A stretch of DNA of 64,000 nt from Candidatus Poribacteria bacterium. Lineage in GTDB: Bacteria; Poribacteria; WGA-4E; PCPOR2b. This document shows positions 29,594 through 39,854 of the stretch, in pieces. Numbering within the stretch: the first letter of the stretch is position 1; every line of letters begins with the position of its first letter. Under the pieces are notes generated by a model, which had not been told where the DNA came from, did not search any database, and was given only the letters and a program-made list of their open reading frames with translations. The DNA lies in the NCBI GenBank assembly GCA_965116925.1, contig OZ220744.1, positions 2,592,001 to 2,656,000 on the forward strand, given 5' to 3'. Both the position numbers and the translations under genes were made by a program.

Positions 29594-30619
29594 TTACTGT
29601 TCGGTTGTGAGTTCGTTCTGCCCGATAACGCAGCGGAATCCTGCTATATAAGAGAGGTGATCCTCTGTACCGATGTCACGCGAGGAAGTTCGCGCTCCGA
29701 TCGGTCCGAGGTTGTCGTAATAGTACCATGAGCCACCGCGCAGGACGCGGTATTTTTGCCCAAATTCTTCCGCTGTGAAAGTGCTCCCCGGATACGCGTC
29801 GTACCAGCTGCTCGTCCACTCCCATACGTTTCCGCCCATATCGTAAACACCGTAAGGACTGATCCCTTGTGGATAGCTTCCGACAGGTTTGGAGCCCGAC
29901 CCGTCCCACGATTCGACATTTAATTTTGTTATATCAAACACGTTTCCCCAGGGCCAGATTCTGGCGTCAGTACCTCTGGCGGCTTTTTCCCATTCAATCT
30001 CTGTTGGAAGCCGTTTTCCCGCCCATTGACAATATGCGTTGGCATCCCTCCAATTGACGTATACGATAGGCAGGTTATCTTCTCCATCGCGGTATTTTCG
30101 GTTCTCCCAATGTCTTGGCGCAGCATATCCGGTGGCATCGATGAATTTTTGGTAGTCGGCGTTGGTCACTTCAAACTTGTCGATGTAGAAGGATTCAACA
30201 TGAACCGCCTGTTGCGGTTTTTCCGACTTAAACCACCGAGGATGTTCCACAAGTTCGCCCCCTCCCAGTTGATGGATGACCAGTTGTTCTTCTTCATCAC
30301 TAGTTCCCATGGTGAATTCACCCGCGGGGATTAAAATCATATCTGATAGGCTAATTTTTTTTAGTGGGAAGGAGCGCACGAGTTTTTCGTTTTTGTACTT
30401 CAGTTCTGCTGTTGCTGTGTGATAGCCTCGTTTACTAACAGACACTCGGTATGGCGTTTCCGGAGTCACTTCTCTTTTATAGGGCGTAGTCCCAACTTCT
30501 ACACCGTCTATAAAAACTGTTGCAGCAGACGGGATTGAAGTGATTTCGATTATTGGAATCCTTTCACAACCTGTGTGCATAAGCACAGCAATGAACAGAA
30601 AAATGGCAAAGAGACGCAT
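29594..30619 (-). CDS. Lipoprotein with PEGA and FGE-sulfatase (SUMF1/C-lectin fold) domains
   Basis: HTGC lipobox-like; SIPSAATVFIDG..GTTP; IPAGEFTMG, KRLPTEIEWEKAARG, GNVWEW, RGGSW, GFRC. Confidence 0.9.
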   Translation of the reverse strand: MRLFAIFLFIAVLMHTGCERIPIIEITSIPSAATVFIDGVEVGTTPYKREVTPETPYRVSVSKRGYHTATAELKYKNEKLVRSFPLKKISLSDMILIPAGEFTMGTSDEEEQLVIHQLGGGELVEHPRWFKSEKPQQAVHVESFYIDKFEVTNADYQKFIDATGYAAPRHWENRKYRDGEDNLPIVYVNWRDANAYCQWAGKRLPTEIEWEKAARGTDARIWPWGNVFDITKLNVESWDGSGSKPVGSYPQGISPYGVYDMGGNVWEWTSSWYDAYPGSTFTAEEFGQKYRVLRGGSWYYYDNLGPIGARTSSRDIGTEDHLSYIAGFRCVIGQNELTTEQ

Positions 30620-30743
30620 TAATGTCGTTTATCTCCTTGAGGGTGGAGGGCTTGAAATTGCCCCCTGCACAGTTCGTTCGCACTATCCCTACTGCTGCGA
30701 TTGAAAAGATGCCGGGGTTAGGGCGAGAAAATGAGGGTGGTTT

Positions 30744-30796
30744 GGGTTGTGAGCCGTCAGATAGGAGAAATGGGTGGGATGACGGACTCACAACCC
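30744..30796. terminator. Long hairpin just downstream of the YCF48-like gene
   Basis: GGGTTGTGAG-CCGTCA pairs with TGACGG-A-CTCACAACCC; no clear U-tract. Confidence 0.45.
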
Positions 30797-30806
30797 GAAT
30801 TACGGT

Positions 30807-32705
30807 TTAATATTTTAAGATAGAACCCCATTCGCCAACAACCCAGAGGGTGCCGTCTGCAGATTGGGTGATGTCGCTGAGGTTAGTGCGGGTGGGACTC
30901 TGCTGATCAAGCCATGTTACGCCTCCGTCAGTGGTATGCAGGATAGTTCCACCTTCGCCAACAGCCCATCCCTCGTTAGCGTTGATGAAGCATATTCCCT
31001 GCAAGGTGTCGTCGGTTGGTGTAACCTGTTGATTCCACATCGTCCCTCCATCTGTAGTGGCATAAATCGCGCCTCCGGATCCAACAGTCCAGGCTGTATT
31101 GGCATCAATCGCGTATATCGATCTTAGCTCATCGGGTCCTATGATTTTTGCTTCCCATGTTTGACCGGCATCCATAGTTTTTATAACGGTCCCACTCGCT
31201 CCGACTGCCCAACCGGTGTTGCCATCAACGAAATAGGTGCCGTATAGGTTGTTGAAAGCAACCATCATGTCTCCAGAGTCCTGACCGTTCCACGTTTGAC
31301 CGCCGTCGTTTGTATGTGCGATTTTACCGACTTCACCGACCCCCCAGCCGTGTTGTGGGGTGGAGAAGTGGAGGTCATAGTAGCCAAGGGCACTTTTCCA
31401 GCTAGTTGCTGGATCGGAAAAGACGATCCGTTGTGCCGTGCCGTGTCCTTCGTCTGATGGGTCGCTGACGCTGTGCCATTTTACCCCACTGTCGAGTCCC
31501 TCAAGTAGGGTTGCATTGCTGCCGACGATGTAACCTCTATTTGGGTCAACGAAATGGATCCCGAAAAGTTCAAAGACATTTCCGCTATATTGGGCTTGCC
31601 ATGTCTGACCACCGTCGTTGGTGTGCAAAACGGTTCCCGATAAACCCACTGCCCAACCCAATTTATCATCGTAGAAATGGACTTTGGTTAGATGGTTACT
31701 CATTGAGATGTTTTCCCACGATGCGCCGCCATCGGTACTGTGCAGAACGGTTGCAAATTCACCGACCGCCCAAACCTCCTGATCGGTGACGTATTGGACA
31801 GTATAGAGTCGGTTCGGTGCGGGTCTGGGTTCGAGCGGTGTCCATGTCTTGCCGCCATCCGAGGTTCTCAGAATGACGCCGAACTCTGCTGCACACAGCC
31901 CGTTGTTCGCATCGGTGAAATGAATGCCCCAGATCGGTTCGGGCATACCGTTGGAGTGAGGCACATTGCTCTCTTGGGTCTCCCAAGTCTCGCCGGCATT
32001 GGTTGTATGGATCAGCGCACCATTACCGCCGACCGCCCACCCCATCTGATCGGTGAGCATATACATTCCATCAAGACTGGCAGCAACGCCGCCCTGTTGG
32101 GCTACCCACGTCATGCCCCCATCTGTGGTGCCAATCACAGTACCGGCATCGCCGACCGCCCACCCCGCTTGGGGGGTGGCGAATTGAACGCTCCGGATCG
32201 CGTTATTAGTTCCCGTTTCCTGCCTCGTCCATGTCATACCGCCATCTGTGGAGTGAATGACGAGGCCCCCGTCGCCGCCTGCCCAACCGTGTCGGTCATC
32301 GACGAAAAAGATGGTTGATAGGGATGCCCGCGTGCCGGTGGAAAGTTTCATCCATGTTGCGCCCCCGTCAACCGTTTTCAACACAGTTCCCTCTTCGCCT
32401 GCAATCCAGCCGATTTGTGGGGTGATAAACCGGACTTTGTGGAATTCGTTTTTGAACGGGAGGGGTTGACTCGGTTGGTTGACCCAGGTTTCGCCTCCAT
32501 CGCTCGTATGCAGAATTGTAGACTGCGCCCCGACAATCCAGCCGTGCTGTTGATCTACAAAGAAAATATCTATCAACGCTCCTTGCCATTTTGACTCACG
32601 GATAGTGGTCCATGCCTTCTCTGACGCGAAGGTATTTGCCATAGAGATGAGTAACAACCCTATAGCGACCAACGTCGTGATATGCCACTGTTTGTTAATT
32701 TTCAT
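30807..32705 (-). CDS. Secreted YCF48/BNR-repeat double beta-propeller protein
   Basis: About 14 repeats of FvdxxxGWavGxxGtilhTxDGGxTW; signal peptide; start 32705 after GGAGG and downstream of a promoter. Confidence 0.9.
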   Translation of the reverse strand: MKINKQWHITTLVAIGLLLISMANTFASEKAWTTIRESKWQGALIDIFFVDQQHGWIVGAQSTILHTSDGGETWVNQPSQPLPFKNEFHKVRFITPQIGWIAGEEGTVLKTVDGGATWMKLSTGTRASLSTIFFVDDRHGWAGGDGGLVIHSTDGGMTWTRQETGTNNAIRSVQFATPQAGWAVGDAGTVIGTTDGGMTWVAQQGGVAASLDGMYMLTDQMGWAVGGNGALIHTTNAGETWETQESNVPHSNGMPEPIWGIHFTDANNGLCAAEFGVILRTSDGGKTWTPLEPRPAPNRLYTVQYVTDQEVWAVGEFATVLHSTDGGASWENISMSNHLTKVHFYDDKLGWAVGLSGTVLHTNDGGQTWQAQYSGNVFELFGIHFVDPNRGYIVGSNATLLEGLDSGVKWHSVSDPSDEGHGTAQRIVFSDPATSWKSALGYYDLHFSTPQHGWGVGEVGKIAHTNDGGQTWNGQDSGDMMVAFNNLYGTYFVDGNTGWAVGASGTVIKTMDAGQTWEAKIIGPDELRSIYAIDANTAWTVGSGGAIYATTDGGTMWNQQVTPTDDTLQGICFINANEGWAVGEGGTILHTTDGGVTWLDQQSPTRTNLSDITQSADGTLWVVGEWGSILKY

Positions 32706-32756
32706 TTTTTTGGTTCCTCCCATTGTGATTTCGTTGGCTGTTGTAAACACAAATAT

Positions 32757-32785
32757 ATTATACAACGATGGATTAATGCCGTCAA
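32757..32785 (-). promoter_or_regulatory. Sigma70 promoter for the YCF48-like gene cluster
   Basis: TTGACG-N17-TATAAT. Confidence 0.8.
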
Positions 32786-32821
32786 GCAGTTCTTTGCGGT
32801 TTGTGGGTCTCAAATCCCGCC

Positions 32822-32850
32822 TTGACAGTCTGCTATAGTGGTGATATGAT
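32822..32850 (+). promoter_or_regulatory. Sigma70 promoter for recD2 (divergent)
   Basis: TTGACA-N17-TATGAT with TGn extension. Confidence 0.8.
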
Positions 32851-32997
32851 AACGGACTGATGGCTGAAGACGGGAAAACGAGAAAACGGGAAGACCAGAT
32901 CTCATTGAGGGGTGCTCATATAGCTCAAGCGTTCAATGAACTAATGATTTTCACGTTTCACGCATCACGTTTCAACAATTGGCATTAGGTTAATGAT

Positions 32998-35169
32998 ATG
33001 GAAAAACTTGTAGGTATCCTTGAACGGATTGTTTTTGAAAACGCGGAAACGGGCTATACCATCGCTCGATTGACTTCGCGTGATTACCCGACCGAACTGA
33101 TCACCGTTGTGGGGAATCTTGCTACCGCAAGTGCAGGTGAAAGTCTCGCTCTCACCGGGGTGTGGGTCAATAACCCGCAATATGGCAGACAGTTCAAGAT
33201 CGAGGGATATGAGACGGTGCTGCCCGCAACTGTCGTTGGGTTGCGGAAATATCTCGGTTCGGGGATGATCAAAGGGGTCGGTCCGGTGATGGCGGCGCGG
33301 ATTGTCAATAAGTTCGGGATGGACACGATGGATGTGATTGAGCAGACTCCCAACAAACTGCGGGAGGTCCAAGGAGTCGGCAAAAAGCGGGTCGATATGA
33401 TTAAGGAGGCGTGGGCAGCGCAACGCGAAATCAAGAACGTAATGCTTTTTCTGCAATCCAACAATGTCAGCACCGCCCATGCGGTCAAAATCTATAAGAC
33501 CTACGAAAGCGATGCGATCCCAATTGTCCGTGAAAATCCGTATCGCCTCGCCGATGACATTTACGGGATAGGCTTCAAAACAGCGGATACCATTTCGCAG
33601 AACCTCGGTATCGCGCCTGAGTCCCCGCACCGAGTGATGGCGGGGATCAAATATGTGCTAAGTCATAAAGCGGATGACGGTCACGTTTTCCTGTATCAGG
33701 AGGAATTGCTCACCGCGTGTGAGGAGATCTTAGAGCTACCGCCCGATCTGATTGAGGAGGGAATCGCGGAATTAATCGCGAAGGAGGAGATTATTTTTGA
33801 AAACACACCGGAGGGTGAGGCGATCTACCTCGCGCCATTTTACTATGCGGAGATCGGTGTAACCAATACGGTGTCAAAGTTATTGCAAACCCCTGCTAAT
33901 CCTATTGCGGTCGGTTTCGTTGACGGATCGATTGATCGGCTTGAAAAGCAGATGGGGATCCATTTTGCTGCCAATCAGCGGGAGGCGGTTAAGACCGCGT
34001 TGACCGCTAAGGTGATGCTCTTGACCGGTGGACCGGGGACGGGAAAAACGACGACAACGATCGGTATGCTCCATCTCTTTGAAGCCCTTGAAAAGCGGGT
34101 ACTGTTAGCAGCACCCACTGGACGGGCGGCGAAACGTATCAGCGAGACCACCGGACGTGAAGCCAAGACTATCCACCGCTTGTTAGAGTTCTCGCCGCAG
34201 GATAACGGTTTCAAACGGAATCAGGAGAATCCGTTGGAGGCGGATGTGGTGATTATTGATGAGATGTCGATGGTTGATCTCATCCTGATGAACAACCTGA
34301 TGAAGGCGATACCGCCAAACGCGACTTTGATTATGATCGGTGATGTGGATCAACTGCCATCCGTGGGCGCGGGGAATGTGCTGACAGACCTCATTGCTTC
34401 GGGGCAGGTCACGGTTGTTACGTTGACGGAGATTTTCCGTCAAGCGCAGGAGAGTTATATCGTCACCAACGCGCACCGCATCAATCGTGGCGACTTTCCG
34501 CAGACGACCGGTCCCGCTGATCGCAACTTCTTCTTTATCGAGGAGGAGGATCCGGATCGGGCGGCTGACCTGATATGTGATCTTGTGGGGAAGCGTCTGC
34601 CTAAGCATTACGGCTACCACCCGATGGACGATATTCAGGTGCTCTGCCCGATGCGACGGGGCACGGTTGGCTCTGAAAATTTCAACAAACGTTTGCAGGA
34701 AATTCTCAACGATTCGTCGGAGGAGGCGATTCGGGGCGGTCGAAACTTTCGGGTCGGGGATAAGGTGATGCAGGTTCGGAATAACTACGACTATGAGGTT
34801 TTTAACGGGGATATTGGGCGTATCACCGATGTGGATCTTGTCGATAAGTTAGTCACGATCCAATTCCCTGAAAAGCATGTTGCTTTTGATATGGCGGATC
34901 TGAATGAGTTAGTGTTGGCTTACGGTATCACGGTCCACAAAGCGCAGGGTAGTGAGTATCCCGCTGTTGTTATACCGTTGATGACGCAGCACTATCTGAT
35001 GCTGCAACGGAATCTACTCTATACCGGCATTACGCGGGCGAAGGAGTTGGTTGTCCTCGTTGGAACGAAGAAGGCACTCGGTATGGCGATTCGGAATAAT
35101 AAGGTGGTTGAGCGGAATAGTTTTCTTGCGGAGCGGCTTCGAGGCGGTGTCAGTTCATTGGTTCATTAA
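32998..35169 (+). CDS. recD2: ATP-dependent RecD-like DNA helicase
   Basis: YGRQF, HhH GVGPV/GVGKK, GGPGTGKTT, APTGRAAKR, IDEMSM, GDVDQLPSVGAG, TVHKAQGSE. Confidence 0.95.
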   Translation: MEKLVGILERIVFENAETGYTIARLTSRDYPTELITVVGNLATASAGESLALTGVWVNNPQYGRQFKIEGYETVLPATVVGLRKYLGSGMIKGVGPVMAARIVNKFGMDTMDVIEQTPNKLREVQGVGKKRVDMIKEAWAAQREIKNVMLFLQSNNVSTAHAVKIYKTYESDAIPIVRENPYRLADDIYGIGFKTADTISQNLGIAPESPHRVMAGIKYVLSHKADDGHVFLYQEELLTACEEILELPPDLIEEGIAELIAKEEIIFENTPEGEAIYLAPFYYAEIGVTNTVSKLLQTPANPIAVGFVDGSIDRLEKQMGIHFAANQREAVKTALTAKVMLLTGGPGTGKTTTTIGMLHLFEALEKRVLLAAPTGRAAKRISETTGREAKTIHRLLEFSPQDNGFKRNQENPLEADVVIIDEMSMVDLILMNNLMKAIPPNATLIMIGDVDQLPSVGAGNVLTDLIASGQVTVVTLTEIFRQAQESYIVTNAHRINRGDFPQTTGPADRNFFFIEEEDPDRAADLICDLVGKRLPKHYGYHPMDDIQVLCPMRRGTVGSENFNKRLQEILNDSSEEAIRGGRNFRVGDKVMQVRNNYDYEVFNGDIGRITDVDLVDKLVTIQFPEKHVAFDMADLNELVLAYGITVHKAQGSEYPAVVIPLMTQHYLMLQRNLLYTGITRAKELVVLVGTKKALGMAIRNNKVVERNSFLAERLRGGVSSLVH

Positions 35170-35219
35170 TTCATTGGTTCATTTTCACACTGGGGGACAT
35201 GGAACTAGTACAAATAGTT

Positions 35220-35519
35220 TCATAGCTCGATTGTTACTGGTCGGAAATGTGGTTCGGGTTCATCGTCAATGAATACATCTGGATTTAACTCAAGCATTTC
35301 TGGTAATTCTGCTTTAAGTGAATCCAGAAGTTTTTTCTTAGTTCTTTCCATGCAATTAACTCCTCCGACCCCTTGTACCCAACCGATCCACCAATTTCCT
35401 TCCTTGGCTATGTATGCTGTGAAGATTCGTTTGTGACCATTCAAGTCGGCCATGTCTTGGCTCCATGACTGCTTACCAAGTGCCTTTAGATTCTCCTCTG
35501 AATAATCTAATACTTTCAT
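35220..35519 (-). CDS. HicB-like antitoxin
   Basis: FTAYIAKEGNWWIGWVQGVGGVNCMERTKKKLLDSL resembles the HicB N-domain. Confidence 0.65.
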   Translation of the reverse strand: MKVLDYSEENLKALGKQSWSQDMADLNGHKRIFTAYIAKEGNWWIGWVQGVGGVNCMERTKKKLLDSLKAELPEMLELNPDVFIDDEPEPHFRPVTIEL

Positions 35520-35561
35520 TGTTGATCCTCCATCGTAGATTACTCCTGTTTGTATTGGTGT

Positions 35562-35792
35562 TCATTCATTCCAGACATCCGCGTGGCTGAACCACCTCAA
35601 CTGATTCGTTTTTTCTCGTTCAAAAATATCTTCGAGATCTTCATAAAGCGGAGAGTCTTTATTGAGATCAAAGAACTCTTGTGTGGTAAACTCCATCAAT
35701 TCTTCACGTACCACCTTCCGAATGATTTGTTCCAACTGCTCAACAGTCAGGGTGACTGTCGTTTCCTCTGTTTTGGTCACGTTGTCGCTCAT
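35562..35792 (-). CDS. Small acidic hypothetical protein, antitoxin-like
   Basis: LTVEQLEQIIRKVVREEL...FSHADVW; extended -10 TGcTATAAT at 35840-35848. Confidence 0.55.
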   Translation of the reverse strand: MSDNVTKTEETTVTLTVEQLEQIIRKVVREELMEFTTQEFFDLNKDSPLYEDLEDIFEREKTNQLRWFSHADVWNE

Positions 35793-35878
35793 CTTGATTG
35801 TCCTTCTGTTTTTTGGTTTCTGCTGAAAAATTATCGAGCATTATAGCATACGATAATGGACAATACCAAGTCCTTATT

Positions 35879-38800
35879 TTACGTTGTTACTCTTTTCTCT
35901 ATGTCCGTGGTTTCGACGCGGACGCCTCGCCATTGACGAATATCGTCACTGATTGCGTAGAAAGCTGGAATTACGAACAGTGTCAAAAGGGTAGCCACCG
36001 ACAATCCCCAAACAATGGTGCTCGCCATCGGCATCCATATCGCAGACTTCCCACCGACTCCCAACGCCATCGGTAAAAGACCGCTCACAGTCGTAATTGA
36101 GGTGAGTAGGATTGGGCGTAGGCGTGTGCGTCCTGCGTTGATAATTGCTTGCCATTTTCCTGTCCCCGCCGTCCGTTGACGATTGATAAACTCAACCAGC
36201 ACTATCGAGTCGTTAACGACGATACCAGCCAGCGCAACAAGCCCGTATGTCGAAGCGACGCTCAAGGGGTTTCCAGAGGTGATCAGCCCTACCATTGCGC
36301 CGATGAATGCGAAGGGGACGGTCATCAGAATAATTAGCGGTTGGAGGAAGGATCTGAACTGCGTTCCCAGTATGAAATAGACCAGCATAATCCCGAAAGC
36401 GAAGAAGATGGGGATGTCCCTAAAAACCTGCCGAAACTCGGCAAATTCACCGCCTGATTCAAGTGTGTAGCCCGGATAGCGTGGACTAATCTTATCGAAA
36501 CGGGCACGGAGTCTCTGATTCACGTTCACCCCAGAAACTACTTCTTCATCCACATTGGCAGTGATTGTGATGGCTCTCTCCCCTTTATAGCGATGAATGG
36601 TTGAGTAACCTTGTGCTACACTCAGTTGGGCAACATCTCGGAGTGGCACTGGCACCCCCATTGCACCCATCAATTTTAGATTCTCCACATCTTGGAGCGT
36701 CGTGCGCGCGGATTCACTGAATTTGACGACGACATCAATCTCCTCATCGCCCTCACGGAATACAGTTGCCTTCGCGCCTTCAAACGCATTGCGTGCGGTG
36801 AAGGCGATCTGCTGGAGCGTCAGTCCATATTCGTTAGCCTTGTCCTCATCAATGTGAAGTTTAATCTCCTCTTGGCCAAGCGCGTAGTTGTCTTTGATGT
36901 CAATAACTCCGGGCATTTTCGCAAGTTCTGCTTTCAGTTGGTCTGTGATAGCTTCCAGTTCGTCAAAGTATTTTCCTTTTACTATGACTTCGACATCTGT
37001 GCCGGTGGGAGGTCCCTCTTCCCTTGTCTGAAATTCAATTCGCTCGGGACCCGTGATACGACTGTATCTCTGGCGGAGTTCTGCAATAATTTCATCAAGT
37101 GTTCGTTCACGATCTTTGGCTTCGGCGACTTCAATATGGAGCATTCCTACGTAGCTGTTACGCTCAGCGCGTTCGTTGTCCACTAGGCGAATGCCCGTTC
37201 TCGCGATGACTGCCTTGATTTCAGATTTGGTCATCGCGAGCGTAACTGCCTCAAATTCGCGCATTACATCATCTGTCGTTTCCAAGCGGGTGCCCACAGG
37301 CATTGTGACATAGGCAAAAATCATCGGATACTCGTCACCGTGGAACATGTCGACCTCCACTAGTCCAAAGCGGATTGGGAGAAAGCTCAGGAGTAGGCAA
37401 AGGAGAATACCACCCAGTATCCAGTATCGACGGCGCAGTGTGAAACTCAAGAATCTGGTGTAGGGCTTTAGGAGGTGGCGCATCAGTCTGTCTTGGGATT
37501 TGGGACGCCCAACTTTGCCCCAATCTGCGATGTGGGACGGTAAGATGAAGAAACATTCAAACAGGGAGGCGGCGAGCGTCAAGGCGACGATGATTGGGAT
37601 AATCTTCATGAATTTACCGACAATTCCCGGCAATAGTGCGAGTGGGAGGAAGATGGCAGCTGTTGTTAGGGAAGCGGTTATCACGGGACCTGCGACTTCA
37701 TGCGCTCCGTTGATAGCGGCTTGGATCGGCGATTCCCCCTCCTGCATCCGACGATAGACATTTTCCATTACAATAATAGCATCGTCCACAATGATGCCGA
37801 GCACCAACACCAATCCGAACAACGACATGGTGTTGATAGATTCGTTGGCAGCGCCCATGAGACCAAAGGTGATCAGGAGTGTCAACGGGATGCCGATAGC
37901 GACAAAAATTGCGTTCCTCAGTCCCATGAATATGTATAAGACAAGGAGGACGAGCAGTACCCCGAAAAGTGCGTTATATTGCAGCTTGCCGAGCGAATTA
38001 CGAATTTGGATTGAGCTGTCGTTCACTAATATGATTTCCGCACCTTCCGGCAGTCGATTTGTCCGATATTTCTCCGCTATGGTTCGGACTGTATCGACGA
38101 TCTGGATCGTACTCCCCTCGCCCCGTTTTGCCACTGAGAGTGTAATTGCGGGTTTGCCGTTCAAACGGGGGATTACGGTCGCTTCTTCATAGGTATCTCG
38201 AACCTGTGCAACGTCCCTGATGCGAATCTTGCCGCCGCCCGGAATCTGTTGCACTATCACATTTTGGATCTGGTCAATCGAATCGAACTCACCGACGGTG
38301 CGCAGCAGGTATTCCAACTGTCCAATCTTCAGTTCTCCAGCAGGGACGTTCATATTCTTGGCTGCCAACGCGCCGACAACTTGTTGCAGCGTCAATGAAT
38401 ACCGATCGAGGTGGTCGGGATTTATCTCGACCCAGATCTGGCGGTCACGAATCCCATAGACTGAAACCTCCAAGACATCCTCAACCGCTGCGATTTCATC
38501 TTGGAGTTCTTCTGCTAGTTTTTGTCTCTCCTTTTCTGGGAGGTCCCCCGCTATAATGACATCGACTACCGGTGTTAGTGTATTTGACTCTAGCTTGAAT
38601 ATAACAGGATCCTCCGCATCTTCAGGCAGATTTTGGACTTTGTCTAGCTCTGTGCGGAGGTCTTGATACAGTTTGTCAAACTCGTCACGTGAAATATTCT
38701 GATCAAATTTGACACTGATGCCGGTGGATCCTTCAGCGGCGGTTGAGGTGATAGACTCAATTTTATTTACGTCAGCGATTTCGTCCTCAATCGGCTTAGT

Positions 38801-38992
38801 GATCAGTTTTTCAATCTCTTCGGGCGAAACGCCGGGATACGCCACCCAAATAATTACCCAATTGAAGGACATATCGCGTTCGAGTTCGCGTGGCATATTG
38901 ATGAGCATATATGATCCCAAAACAATTGTCGCAATGGTGATCATGTGAACTAGGACTGGGTTGTTGACAGATAGTCTAAATACGGATTTCAT
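35879..38992 (-). CDS. AcrB/AcrD/AcrF family RND permease
   Basis: YPGVSPEEIE, GIIVDDAIIVMEN, GIVVNDSI, RLRPILLTS. Confidence 0.95.
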   Translation of the reverse strand: MKSVFRLSVNNPVLVHMITIATIVLGSYMLINMPRELERDMSFNWVIIWVAYPGVSPEEIEKLITKPIEDEIADVNKIESITSTAAEGSTGISVKFDQNISRDEFDKLYQDLRTELDKVQNLPEDAEDPVIFKLESNTLTPVVDVIIAGDLPEKERQKLAEELQDEIAAVEDVLEVSVYGIRDRQIWVEINPDHLDRYSLTLQQVVGALAAKNMNVPAGELKIGQLEYLLRTVGEFDSIDQIQNVIVQQIPGGGKIRIRDVAQVRDTYEEATVIPRLNGKPAITLSVAKRGEGSTIQIVDTVRTIAEKYRTNRLPEGAEIILVNDSSIQIRNSLGKLQYNALFGVLLVLLVLYIFMGLRNAIFVAIGIPLTLLITFGLMGAANESINTMSLFGLVLVLGIIVDDAIIVMENVYRRMQEGESPIQAAINGAHEVAGPVITASLTTAAIFLPLALLPGIVGKFMKIIPIIVALTLAASLFECFFILPSHIADWGKVGRPKSQDRLMRHLLKPYTRFLSFTLRRRYWILGGILLCLLLSFLPIRFGLVEVDMFHGDEYPMIFAYVTMPVGTRLETTDDVMREFEAVTLAMTKSEIKAVIARTGIRLVDNERAERNSYVGMLHIEVAEAKDRERTLDEIIAELRQRYSRITGPERIEFQTREEGPPTGTDVEVIVKGKYFDELEAITDQLKAELAKMPGVIDIKDNYALGQEEIKLHIDEDKANEYGLTLQQIAFTARNAFEGAKATVFREGDEEIDVVVKFSESARTTLQDVENLKLMGAMGVPVPLRDVAQLSVAQGYSTIHRYKGERAITITANVDEEVVSGVNVNQRLRARFDKISPRYPGYTLESGGEFAEFRQVFRDIPIFFAFGIMLVYFILGTQFRSFLQPLIILMTVPFAFIGAMVGLITSGNPLSVASTYGLVALAGIVVNDSIVLVEFINRQRTAGTGKWQAIINAGRTRLRPILLTSITTVSGLLPMALGVGGKSAIWMPMASTIVWGLSVATLLTLFVIPAFYAISDDIRQWRGVRVETTDIEKRVTT

Positions 38993-39168
38993 TATGGGGT
39001 CTTCCTAGTCGATTGCGTTATGTTATAGATTATTGCATACTTCTGGGCTTGACGTTATAGACGTTTTCGGGTATTCTTTCGTTGAAACAAGCGGCAAGGG
39101 ACACGGCATTTTAATTAAACGATAATAAGCGTCAGTGGCGTTGACCACATAGGGGGCAAATTTGAATT

Positions 39169-39594
39169 ATGGGCTGGATTAAATACGCAATTGTCACGGC
39201 ATGTGCGTTGGCTGCTGCAGATATGTGTGTGAAGTTGGCAGCGAACAGGATTTCTAGCAGTCTGTTGATGTTGATATACGGCTGCTGTACATTCTCGACT
39301 GGACTGACTTGGGTGCTGTGGCAATGGGCACGTGGCATACCGCAACATGCCCAGCTCTCAGGTGCTTTAGCGAGTATGGGTATGGGATTCGCGTTCAGCG
39401 GCGTGACTATAGGATTGTATGTTACCTTTAGCGCGGGGGCACCAATCTCTCTCGGCTCACCCGTTATCCGGTTCGGCGGGATATTACTGACAAGTATCGC
39501 TGGCATGATATTTTTACGGGAACCGCTCACCCTTCGATATGTTATCGGCGTACTGCTCGTCTGTAGTGGTATGTATTTGATTATTACGAGATAG
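39169..39594 (+). CDS. EamA/DMT family small membrane protein
   Basis: Five hydrophobic segments, FLREPLT motif; TTGACG-N17-TATTCT promoter at 39049. Confidence 0.8.
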   Translation: MGWIKYAIVTACALAAADMCVKLAANRISSSLLMLIYGCCTFSTGLTWVLWQWARGIPQHAQLSGALASMGMGFAFSGVTIGLYVTFSAGAPISLGSPVIRFGGILLTSIAGMIFLREPLTLRYVIGVLLVCSGMYLIITR

Positions 39595-39685
39595 GAAATC
39601 AGTGAAACGTGATACGTAAAAATCATTTATTGAGGTGTTAGGTTAAGTCTACCGCAGAGACGCGGAGAACGCAGAGAAGAATTTA

Positions 39686-39850
39686 TAGTGAATTCAAAAA
39701 ATAAATAGACACTTGCGCCACCCGGTAGGTGCGGTTTGTAACCGCACTGCATCGGCGCAGTTAGAAACAGCGCCTACCAAACGGTAGAACGGTATCTTCG
39801 TTTTCCTACCCCCCCGATTTGGAGTGTCTAAGTAATTCTAAGATCTACCA
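39686..39850. mobile_element. MITE family B copy
   Basis: TAGTGAATTCAAAAAATAAATAGACAC...GTGTCTAAGTAATTCTAAGATCTACCA. Confidence 0.75.
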
Positions 39851-39854
39851 TAGT

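Noticed and set aside
29594..29760. FGE-domain C-terminus as a DGR variable region
   Set aside because: No matching template repeat or RT in the window
30807..30840. YCF48 protein ending WGSILKY as the array's sorting tail
   Set aside because: It is the last ordinary BNR repeat (VGxxGxIL) and lacks the PxxK part
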